The notes under the pieces are model-generated. The model worked only from the letters and a program-made list of their open reading frames with translations, had not been told where the DNA came from and did no database searches. Position numbers and translations under genes: made by a program. This document shows positions 30,543-38,674 of a stretch of DNA of 64,000 bases, piece after piece. How positions within the stretch are numbered: position 1 is the first letter of the stretch; every line of letters starts with the position of its first letter. This stretch comes from Candidatus Nezhaarchaeales archaeon (GTDB taxonomy: Archaea > Thermoproteota > Methanomethylicia > Nezhaarchaeales > WYZ-LMO8), in contig JAWAKK010000003.1 in the NCBI GenBank assembly GCA_038887515.1, positions 1 through 64,000 of the forward strand. The letters run 5' to 3'.

Positions 30543-30586
30543 TTTAATAATGTTTGTTAAACATATGTTTAACAAACATTATTAAA
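30543..30586. repeat. Perfect 44-bp palindrome
   Basis: TTTAATAATGTTTGTTAAACAT-ATGTTTAACAAACATTATTAAA, no spacer. Confidence 0.95.
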
Positions 30587-30655
30587 CTACCATGGTGGCA
30601 ACTTTAGAGAGTTTTAGAGAACGCCTTTTATGTTTCGCTTACAATAACTTCGACC

Positions 30656-31309
30656 GTGTATCAGGGTCTAGAAGTCAAAGTAATCTCACTCGATGTTGCC
30701 GGAACCCTCGTTAGCGATAGCTTCATAGATTATTTTTGGCTTGAACTGATACCACAACTATTCGCAGAAAGGCATGGTGTAACTCTCGAGGAATCCAAGC
30801 GCTTCGTTTATTCAAGCTACGATAAGATCGGTAGGAATGATTTGAGGTGGTACCTTCCTAGCTTCTGGTTCAAGTCATTCGACTTAAATCTAAGTGTTTC
30901 TGAAGCCCTCAACTCTATTCGTGATAAGGTAGAAGTTTACTCGGACGTTAGGAAGGCCTTAGTAAAGTTGTCGAGTAAGCGCGATCTTGTCATCTCAAGT
31001 AACTTAAGTAAAGATTTCATAGACGTAGCTTTGGAGGCTATAGGCTTCCGCAACTTTAAGGCTATTTTCTCTTGCGTCACCGATCTAGGTCTCATAGGCA
31101 AGACTCCAGAATTCTACACTTTCATCCTAAAAAGGTTAGGAGTTCCTCCTAGAGCTGTGCTTCACGTAGGTGATGATCCCATTAAGGACTACGAAAACCC
31201 GATCAGAGTTGGCATGAAAGCCATCCTCATAAAGAGGAGTGGGAATGCTACTTACCCTTACGTGAGGGATTTAATGGAACTCCTAAACATTTTAGACACG
31301 TCACCTTGA
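30656..31309 (+). CDS. HAD-superfamily hydrolase
   Basis: SLDVAGTL motif I, ISSN, K, HVGDD...D. Confidence 0.82.
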   Translation: MYQGLEVKVISLDVAGTLVSDSFIDYFWLELIPQLFAERHGVTLEESKRFVYSSYDKIGRNDLRWYLPSFWFKSFDLNLSVSEALNSIRDKVEVYSDVRKALVKLSSKRDLVISSNLSKDFIDVALEAIGFRNFKAIFSCVTDLGLIGKTPEFYTFILKRLGVPPRAVLHVGDDPIKDYENPIRVGMKAILIKRSGNATYPYVRDLMELLNILDTSP

Positions 31310-31615
31310 TACCATCTTAAATGCTGGAGACGTTATCCTCTCACTCTTACATTTAGGACACCTGCTAGGCTTTTTCGGCTTATCGAGATTAGTAAAGATA
31401 AAGCCGCATTGCTTACAAGATGGAGGGATCATCGCCAAGACTTCGTTGCCTTGAGCTCTAACGGTCTTAGCTACGTGCCTTAAGTGTTCGTACACATCTT
31501 TAGGTTTAAGGTTCTTTAAGTCGAGTAGAATAATTATATCCTCCACTGTAAGAGGCTCTTTGCGACTTTTCAAAAGTCTTACTATTCTTTCTCTGATAGT
31601 CTCGTCGAGGCTCAT
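31301..31615 (-). CDS. HTH plus Zn-ribbon transcriptional regulator
   Basis: TIRERI, VYEHL.HVAK, CKQCGF, PSRCPKCKSE. Confidence 0.82.
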   Translation of the reverse strand: MSLDETIRERIVRLLKSRKEPLTVEDIIILLDLKNLKPKDVYEHLRHVAKTVRAQGNEVLAMIPPSCKQCGFIFTNLDKPKKPSRCPKCKSERITSPAFKMVSR

Positions 31616-31806
31616 TGTTTTCACTATAAGACCTATCTGGAGAGCCAAGATTTAGTTATTAATTGTATTTTGGATATAGATCGTAGTCTATGTTTAAATG
31701 TCCCTTAACACTTTTACGTTTTGAAATATTAAGAAAATTTAATAATTGAAAAGATCTCTCGAAGTTTGGAATACAACAACGCTTAGAAAGAAGTAAGGGT
31801 GATCAC

Positions 31807-32676
31807 TTGATATCAGGTCTTTTACCAATACTACTATTTTTAACATCATTCTCTACAGGTTTTTTAGGAGCTATATTCGGCATCGGTGGTGGGGTTGTAC
31901 TCATCCCTGTACTCTCAGTTTTCTTGGGGATGCCGATCAAAAAGGTAATAGCGGCAAGCCTTATATGTGCAGTTGCTACGAGTGTTGCTAGCACCCGAAA
32001 TTACTTATCTCAAGAGCTAGTAAATTTACGCTTAGCCCTCTTCTTAGAAAGTAGTGCAATGGTTGGATCACTTCTTGGGGTCTTCTTAGCAGTTATTGCG
32101 CCTTCAAGCGTGCTATACATAGTTTTGGGGTTGGTGTTGCTGATGATAGCTATAATCCAATTCAGGGGTTATCGAGCTGAAGACGACTTAGAAGTCGGTG
32201 GTTCGATTAAGAAATCTAAAGATCCCTTAGCCGAGAAATTGAAGCTTGCACCTGAATATTACAATTCCAGTATCAGCAACCTAATAGGGTACGATGTCGT
32301 CAACAGTCGACTAGGGTTAATGGCATCTTTACTGGCTGGAATGCTGTCGAGCAGTGTTGGCTTAGGAGGTGGGGCCCTCAAGGTTCCAATAATGAATAAA
32401 ATCATGAAGGTCCCAATGAAGGTCTCAATTGCTACTAGCACATTTATGGTAGGGTTAACGAGCTCTGTAGGTGTCATAGCTTACTTCTCGTCAGGATTAT
32501 TAGACTTAAGTATCGTACCCATAATGGTATTAGGCATCACGCTAGGCTCGACAACGGGCACAAAAGTTATGACTAGGTTAAGAAGTTCAAAGCTCGCTTT
32601 AGCCTTCGGACTTCTACTAATTTACCTATCTTATATGGCTTTTAGCGAGGGATTTGAGCTAATATTTAACGGTTAG
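31807..32676 (+). CDS. TauE/SafE sulfite exporter family permease
   Basis: GIGGGVVLIP and GLGGGALKVP repeats, ATSTFMVG. Confidence 0.88.
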   Translation: MISGLLPILLFLTSFSTGFLGAIFGIGGGVVLIPVLSVFLGMPIKKVIAASLICAVATSVASTRNYLSQELVNLRLALFLESSAMVGSLLGVFLAVIAPSSVLYIVLGLVLLMIAIIQFRGYRAEDDLEVGGSIKKSKDPLAEKLKLAPEYYNSSISNLIGYDVVNSRLGLMASLLAGMLSSSVGLGGGALKVPIMNKIMKVPMKVSIATSTFMVGLTSSVGVIAYFSSGLLDLSIVPIMVLGITLGSTTGTKVMTRLRSSKLALAFGLLLIYLSYMAFSEGFELIFNG

Positions 32677-32678
32677 AC

Positions 32679-32966
32679 GTGAGAATCATGATTAATGAAA
32701 AGCTTCTAAAAAAGTTTTTAAATATAGGTATTACGATTAGCGTTGCAATCTTCGCTTTAAGCTACGTCATGAGTATATTCGAATATAAGTCGTTTAGTAG
32801 CTTTACATCACTTCTCGCCACGTTCATGCTCGTCTTCACACCTTTAGCAGTGGTTTTAGCTATAGCTGTAGAGATGGCAAGAAAGAAGGACTTCAATGGA
32901 TTATTTATGTCCGTCCTAGTAATAGTCGTCATAGCTATCTCCATAGTAATGGCATACCTTAAGTAG
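32679..32966 (+). CDS. Small 3-TM protein (DUF1634-like partner of TauE)
   Basis: Three hydrophobic segments, TP motif, directly after tauE. Confidence 0.55.
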   Translation: MRIMINEKLLKKFLNIGITISVAIFALSYVMSIFEYKSFSSFTSLLATFMLVFTPLAVVLAIAVEMARKKDFNGLFMSVLVIVVIAISIVMAYLK

Positions 32967-32969
32967 CAC

Positions 32970-32983
32970 ACCCCTTAAGGGGT
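32970..32983. terminator. 14-bp palindrome between convergent tauE operon and tRNA-Leu
   Basis: ACCCCTTAAGGGGT; terminator function is inferred. Confidence 0.3.
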
Positions 32984-33029
32984 AAGAGACCTCCTTGTCC
33001 GTCATAGTAGGAATATACAGTTAAATTAG

Positions 33030-33114
33030 TGCGGGGGGTGGGATTTGAACCCACGAAGGCCTACGCCAGCAGGTCCTGAACCTGCCGCCTTTGACCTAGC
33101 TCGGCCACCCCCGC
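33030..33114 (-). tRNA. tRNA-Leu(CAG), no intron
   Basis: GCGGGGGTGGCCGAGCTAGG...GCAGGTT-CAG-GACCTGC...GTTCAAATCCCACCCCCCGCA. Confidence 0.95.
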
Positions 33115-33228
33115 TCCTTGCAGTACCAAGTTTATCGTGAGCATTATAAGCTTGCTTTAGGCATCTTTGTGGTTAAAATTTATTATCCAAGATGTTTTTA
33201 TTTCTGTCTTCTTAAAAGTTGAGGTAAG

Positions 33229-34551
33229 GTGATTAGATCAATGGAGGTTAGGTACTGGGAGCCGCACATTGAGACTGCTCCTAAGAAAGTTATTCAAAAG
33301 GTACAGTTAAAGAGACTGAAGCACATGATCGACTACGTGTATTGGAAAAGCCCCTTCTACGGTCGCAAGTTTAGAGAGGTTGGACTGCATCCTTCAGATG
33401 TAAATGATTTAGATGACATACGTAAATTCCCCTTTACAACGAAGGATGACCTTAGGAACCATGGCTATCCACATGGTGGCGACTTTCTTTGCGTCCCTAG
33501 AGAGAAGGTAGTCTGCTGGCATATGAGCTCTGGAACTACGGGCATCCCAATTTTAGGTGGTTACACTAGGCACGACTACGATACTTGGATGAATTTAATG
33601 GCACGTTGCTACACAGCCGCTGGGGTTGGACCCGGCGATGTCGTAATGAACCTCTACGGTTACGGCCTATTTACTGGCGGCCTGGGGTTCCACGAGAGCG
33701 CTTTTCTCGTAGGCGCTACCGTCATACCTTGGGGTACGGGTAGGACGCAAGCTCTAATTAAGAGCCTAATAGACTTTAAAGCCACGGCCATGACCGGCAC
33801 TCCAAGCTACCAGTATTACATAGCTAGCTTGATTAAAGATATGGGAATAGACGTTGAAAAAGACCTCTCTCTAAGGATCACAATCCCGGGAGCCGAAATG
33901 TGGACTGAAGAAATGAGGAAGAGAATTGAAGATTGGCTTGGACTTAAAGCTAAAGGTGGAGGCGCTCGAGACGTTTACGGTGCAACTGAGCTCTGTGGCC
34001 CAGGTGCAGGGCAGGAATGTGTCTACGAGAAGGGCTTCCACTTCTGGGTAGACCACTTCTTATTAGAGATAGTCGACCCGAAGAGCGGCGAACCTGTTGA
34101 AGCTGGCGAAGAGGGTGAAGTAGTATTTACCCACTTAGTCAAGGAGGCCACCCCTCTCGTCAGGTATAGAATGGGGGACATAACCGTATTAGACGACGAA
34201 CCTTGCGAATGCGGCAGGATAGCATTTCCTAGATGTCTTAGGGTTAGGGCTAGGGTCGATGACGTGATTCACTTTAAGGGCATCAAGATAGTTCCATCGA
34301 TGATTCAGGAAACTATATTAAAACATAAGGAAGTTATTGAGTACCAGGTGGTCATAGATAAAACTAAGTTGCCCTACGACTTCATAGTCAAGATTGAGGT
34401 ATCGAAAAACCAGCAAACGCCAACCTTAATAGGAAAGCTCCTCAGCGAATTCAAGAACAACTTGTTCATAGAGCCTAAGATAGAAATTGTAGAACCAGGA
34501 ACGTTACCTAGATTCGAAGGCAAGTCTAAGAGGATCATAGTTAAGGAGTGA
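33229..34551 (+). CDS. Phenylacetate-CoA ligase family protein
   Basis: PFTTKDDLR, SSGTTG, YGLFTGG, YGATE, RYRMGD. Confidence 0.88.
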   Translation: MIRSMEVRYWEPHIETAPKKVIQKVQLKRLKHMIDYVYWKSPFYGRKFREVGLHPSDVNDLDDIRKFPFTTKDDLRNHGYPHGGDFLCVPREKVVCWHMSSGTTGIPILGGYTRHDYDTWMNLMARCYTAAGVGPGDVVMNLYGYGLFTGGLGFHESAFLVGATVIPWGTGRTQALIKSLIDFKATAMTGTPSYQYYIASLIKDMGIDVEKDLSLRITIPGAEMWTEEMRKRIEDWLGLKAKGGGARDVYGATELCGPGAGQECVYEKGFHFWVDHFLLEIVDPKSGEPVEAGEEGEVVFTHLVKEATPLVRYRMGDITVLDDEPCECGRIAFPRCLRVRARVDDVIHFKGIKIVPSMIQETILKHKEVIEYQVVIDKTKLPYDFIVKIEVSKNQQTPTLIGKLLSEFKNNLFIEPKIEIVEPGTLPRFEGKSKRIIVKE

Positions 34552-34557
34552 GAAATT

Positions 34558-34752
34558 ATGTCTCAAGAGAGAACTAGTAGTTTATCTAGGATCTCGAAGC
34601 TCATAGAGGAACTCGATGCAAAGATCTTCGAAGCTCTAGAGGAGGCTCGACAAGCAGAATTAGCTCAAACCTTAAGGCTGCTCGAAACCGTCAAGAGCTA
34701 CGTAGAGCTGTTAAAGAGAGGGTTAGAGGTCAAAGCCGAGGATCAAAGCTGA
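34558..34752 (+). CDS. Small helical hypothetical protein
   Basis: 64 aa, GGAGTGA SD, follows the ligase gene. Confidence 0.5.
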   Translation: MSQERTSSLSRISKLIEELDAKIFEALEEARQAELAQTLRLLETVKSYVELLKRGLEVKAEDQS

Positions 34753-34887
34753 AGGTTACTACGTATAAAAGGCAACTATGAGGCTCTACAACTTCTCTTA
34801 ATCCTTAATGCTAGCACTCTGAAGGTCCTGCACGCTACTTAAAATAGTAGTAGAAAGATCATTTTATTTTTGAAGTTTTGATTTAGC

Positions 34888-35331
34888 CTACAGGGTTCCT
34901 ACGATTACCTTGACGTCTTTAGGTTTTGAGGACCTATCGCTTAGGTACTTTGTATACTCTTTCGGTTTTAACTGTGAGACTATGAAGTCAAATGCTGCTT
35001 CCGGGTTAGAAGACTCGCCACAAGTATAAACGTCTACTGTTGCGTAGACGTAGTTTACCCACGTATGAATTGCTATGTGGCTCTCAGTAACTAGAGCTAT
35101 TACTGAGACACCGCCTTTTTCTCCACCAAACTTCCAAGACTTAATTTCATGGAGGTTGCACTTTGATATCTTTACGGCCTCTTCGACTATGCATCTCAAA
35201 AGCTCTTCGTTAGAAAGAATGTTGGGATCGCAATCGTACAGGTTGCCGTAGACGTGTTTACCGATTACCTGCTTTGCTAAACAATCGTCTTCGACCACTT
35301 CTGATCTTAAACCTCCAAACAGTGGAGGCAT
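34888..35331 (-). CDS. Pyruvoyl-dependent decarboxylase of the AdoMetDC fold, probably arginine decarboxylase
   Basis: [24 protein letters not shown]|SHIAIHTW cleavage site, VYTCG. Confidence 0.8.
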   Translation of the reverse strand: MPPLFGGLRSEVVEDDCLAKQVIGKHVYGNLYDCDPNILSNEELLRCIVEEAVKISKCNLHEIKSWKFGGEKGGVSVIALVTESHIAIHTWVNYVYATVDVYTCGESSNPEAAFDFIVSQLKPKEYTKYLSDRSSKPKDVKVIVGTL

Positions 35332-35584
35332 GGATTGCGCTTAAAAAGTTTTCTAAATATTGCTTAAGCCATATCTTGCTTCTTTATATGTAGATCCCCA
35401 TCTATGGAACTTATTGGCTCAGAATATGTGCGGGCCCCTGTAGCCGACACCTTACGTGAAGCAAAGGCGATAAAGCTTAAGTTTTGCTCCGACAGTTAAA
35501 AACCGTATTTTTAGTCACCATCATATATTACTACTAGTAATAATAAAATTAAAGTAAAATTACCCAGAGTTTTTGAGGGGGATT

Positions 35585-36739
35585 ATGCCTAGAGAGGCAA
35601 CTAAGGCTATACATGAGGGGGAAAACGTAATAGAGAACGTTAGTACCTTTATAACTCCAATATATCAAACTGCCGTATTTCCCTACCCTCTCGATACGGT
35701 GCAGTCTTTTAGGGGGAAGCCTTTAAAGTACTCTCGAGAAGATAACCCAACTAATATAGTTTTGGAGAAGAGGTTGGCAAGTCTAGAAGAAGGTGAGGAT
35801 TCTCTCGTTTTTTCGTCAGGTATGGCCGCTATATCTTCCTGTTTCTTCCATGTGCTCAGAAGCGGTTGTAAGCTCGTCTTATCTAGAGACGTCTATGGAG
35901 CAACGATACCGCTAGCTCAAACCTTTGAGAAATTTGGTGTAAAGGTCGAGCTTAGAGGGCCCGATACACAAGATATAGCTGAGGCTATTACGGATGAAAA
36001 TACGGTAACCTTTGTTGAATCCATGTCTAATCCGCTTCTTAGGGTTGTGGACTTAGACCTGCTTTCATCCATATGTAAGGAGAAGGGGGCCCTTTTAATA
36101 GTTGACAACACGTTTGCTACTCCGTTGAATCTTAAGCCTCTCCTCCACGGAGCTCATATCGTGGTACATAGCTTAACTAAATACTTAGCAGGTCACAATG
36201 ATGTTGTTGGTGGAGCGGCGATTTCGAATTCAAAGTTCATAAACGAATTATGGTATACAAGGGCTAGGCTAGGGTGCGTGCTAGACCCTCACGCCTCGTT
36301 CCTTGTGCTTAGAGGCCTCAAAACTCTTAGCATTAGATTAAAAGTGAGTCAAGAAAGTGCTAGGGCCATAGCTGAATACCTTGAAGGACATAGTAAAGTC
36401 TCTAAAGTCTATTACCCTGGCTTACCATCTCATCCAACGCATCACATAGCTAGAAAGCTACTAAAAGGCTATGGATCGGTTCTAAGCTTCGAGTTAAAGG
36501 GCAATGGGGATAATGCTCGGAAGTTTCTTAGGAACTTGAAGATAATTAAGCCTTCGCCGAGCCTAGGTGGGTGTGAAAGCCTAGCATCGCACCCAGCCTC
36601 TTCTTCGCATAAGGACATCCCTCCAGAGGAAAGAGAGAAACTGGGAATAACGGAGAACCTTGTAAGGATATCGGTTGGTCTTGAAGATGTAAATGATTTG
36701 ATAGAGGACATCAATCAAGCTCTCAAACTTCTCTGCTAA
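35585..36739 (+). CDS. Cystathionine gamma-synthase/lyase family PLP enzyme
   Basis: PIYQT, YSR..NPT, FSSGMAA, VDNTFATP, HSLTKYLAGH, RISVGLE. Confidence 0.88.
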   Translation: MPREATKAIHEGENVIENVSTFITPIYQTAVFPYPLDTVQSFRGKPLKYSREDNPTNIVLEKRLASLEEGEDSLVFSSGMAAISSCFFHVLRSGCKLVLSRDVYGATIPLAQTFEKFGVKVELRGPDTQDIAEAITDENTVTFVESMSNPLLRVVDLDLLSSICKEKGALLIVDNTFATPLNLKPLLHGAHIVVHSLTKYLAGHNDVVGGAAISNSKFINELWYTRARLGCVLDPHASFLVLRGLKTLSIRLKVSQESARAIAEYLEGHSKVSKVYYPGLPSHPTHHIARKLLKGYGSVLSFELKGNGDNARKFLRNLKIIKPSPSLGGCESLASHPASSSHKDIPPEEREKLGITENLVRISVGLEDVNDLIEDINQALKLLC

Positions 36740-36776
36740 CAAAAAATTATAAATAAGGATGGTCTGGCCCACCGTC

Positions 36777-37133
36777 TTAGCCTATCCATAACAGTAACGC
36801 TACAACTAGTCCATAGATAGCTACCGCCTCTATGAAGACTACGTAAATGATTGTCCTGCCAAATAACTCAGGTTTTTCGGCTACTGCACCTATAGCTGCA
36901 GCTGACGCTGTACCTAAACCTAGTCCTGCACCGAGCGCGGCAAAAGCGATCGCTATGCCTGCACCTAGTTTGCTAAGATCCATGGTTGCCGCCTGCTCTT
37001 CAGCGCTGGCCTGAACCGGTCCATTGTTTACCGTAGCATAAGCCCCTCCTATGCTCATGGTAACCAAGGCTAAGCACAGTATTATTGCTACTAAGCCTAC
37101 CACAAAGAGCCTTTTCATAGGTTCACCCCTCAT
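36777..37133 (-). CDS. atpK: A/V-type ATP synthase proteolipid subunit K (single hairpin, N-terminal leader)
   Basis: [24 protein letters not shown] ion-binding Glu; lacks the ET/ES Na+ signature. Confidence 0.9.
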   Translation of the reverse strand: MRGEPMKRLFVVGLVAIILCLALVTMSIGGAYATVNNGPVQASAEEQAATMDLSKLGAGIAIAFAALGAGLGLGTASAAAIGAVAEKPELFGRTIIYVVFIEAVAIYGLVVALLLWIG

Positions 37134-37206
37134 CCAGAGTTTTTCTTAGACATAAGAGTTTTGATATTAGCTTTATATCAATTTCTACGCTTTAAAGAAA
37201 CTTTAC

Positions 37207-37476
37207 TTAATCCGTTCGCTCTCTATTCTCTTCAAATCGAGGAGTTAAGCGCATCTTCTTCAGAACCTTAAGGAAAAGCGCTGTACCAACCCCAAAACCG
37301 GTTAAGCCGAAAAGCGTCATTAAGAAAGCCTTAACGAATATGTTGAGCGCTTTAAAAATGAAAAGTGCTATCAGTGTTGATAGGATGGTAAATGATGGAA
37401 CGATTAATCCAACAACCATTGCCTGCAACATAGCTATTGTTATAGCTCGCCTTCTCGATTCATGGTTCCTCCGCAT
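37207..37476 (-). CDS. Small 2-TM membrane protein in ATPase locus
   Basis: Two hydrophobic helices, 89 aa. Confidence 0.55.
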   Translation of the reverse strand: MRRNHESRRRAITIAMLQAMVVGLIVPSFTILSTLIALFIFKALNIFVKAFLMTLFGLTGFGVGTALFLKVLKKMRLTPRFEENRERTD

Positions 37477-37537
37477 TAGGTACCGATTTGAGCGTTATGT
37501 TGAGTAAACTTTTACACTTTTTGTTTAAATCTTTCTG

Positions 37538-38674
37538 TTGAGGGGCATGAAAAGCTATGGTAGGGACGTTAGGAAAGCGCTTATAGCATTAAGTTTCGGG
37601 TTAGAGCCTGTAATCTTCGCCATAGTCGGATGGTATGCTGCCCCTTATTTTGAACTTAGTAATGCGGTGGGGGCTCTAATAGGAGTCTTTATAGGACTTG
37701 GAATGATGTTTTGGCGTATTTGGAGGTTTACTTCAACAATAGAGTCAAAACCGACATATGATATCGAGAAGGAAGACCTAAGATTATTAGCTTCAATTGC
37801 AGAGGTCGAACGTCGTAAATTTGTGAAAAGAGAAGATCTTATGAAGGTTATGGGATCCCAAAGTCCCTTACAGCTCTTAAACGTGTTAAAGGGTCTATCG
37901 CTAATCAACTCCGACTTCTACGACTTGAATAAGCTTAATGAGGTCCTATGTGAAATAACCGATTTTTCGAAGGTCTTTATTGAAGTCCGAAGTCGATCGC
38001 CCTTCGACTTCTTAAGAATACTAGACGACTTTAACGATTTTTTAGCATGTTTATGTGCTAGCTACGCCTTTCGTTCTGAAGTTTATGATGACGAAATTTC
38101 TAGAGGTTACATAGTTTTACCCTTCAAATTGCAGGGTTCCCAAACCTTCCTACGTGAGGAATTTAAGGAGTACCTAGCTCATAACGAAGTTAGAGAGCTT
38201 TACCCTAAAGCTCTTGACGAAGCTCTAACTCTCAACTCAAGGGCACCGCTTCTAGCACTTGCAGCACATTCTTTAATGAATATGGCGAGGGACCTGAAGG
38301 CAACGGGCTATTCGAGAACGTTTTCCAAGGATCTAGAGAACCTTGCACTTAGACTCCTTCTAATAGCTACTAGAGACATAAGGGGAGTAAAGAGAACTTC
38401 TGAGGTTGTGGTAATGACGTTACGGAAATGGAGAATCGACAAAATAGAGGTTGAAGGTGTTGATGAGACCGAAGAAGGTGTTTTAAGGTCATTCATAAAC
38501 GAAGCTTACAAGAACCTGGTAACCCCAGTCAGAGTTCCTCCTACTGCTAAGTCAGTCATATATTACCTCTTCGTTAAGTGGGGCGAGAAGGTGAGCTTGA
38601 AGTTAGCTATAATGGCTACTAATAGCGGTATTGAACCTCAAAGAGCTTATTCTGCGCTCCTAGTCCCACGTTAA
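37538..38674 (+). CDS. AtpZ/AtpI-like TM hairpin fused to a divergent A/V-ATPase subunit C-like domain
   Basis: N-terminal 2 TM; RKFVKREDL and VIYYL..KWGE..SLK...SGIEP resemble subunit C termini. Confidence 0.5.
   Translation: MRGMKSYGRDVRKALIALSFGLEPVIFAIVGWYAAPYFELSNAVGALIGVFIGLGMMFWRIWRFTSTIESKPTYDIEKEDLRLLASIAEVERRKFVKREDLMKVMGSQSPLQLLNVLKGLSLINSDFYDLNKLNEVLCEITDFSKVFIEVRSRSPFDFLRILDDFNDFLACLCASYAFRSEVYDDEISRGYIVLPFKLQGSQTFLREEFKEYLAHNEVRELYPKALDEALTLNSRAPLLALAAHSLMNMARDLKATGYSRTFSKDLENLALRLLLIATRDIRGVKRTSEVVVMTLRKWRIDKIEVEGVDETEEGVLRSFINEAYKNLVTPVRVPPTAKSVIYYLFVKWGEKVSLKLAIMATNSGIEPQRAYSALLVPR

Noticed and set aside
84-33068. 39-nt direct repeat shared by the 3' halves of the two tRNA-Leu genes, resembling attL/attR of a 33-kb island
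   Set aside because: Both copies are complete tRNA genes with different anticodons, and the interval holds core genes with no integrase
35340-35570. Possible riboswitch or sRNA between the decarboxylase and cystathionine synthase genes
   Set aside because: Only weak hairpins, with no C/D, H/ACA or known aptamer motifs
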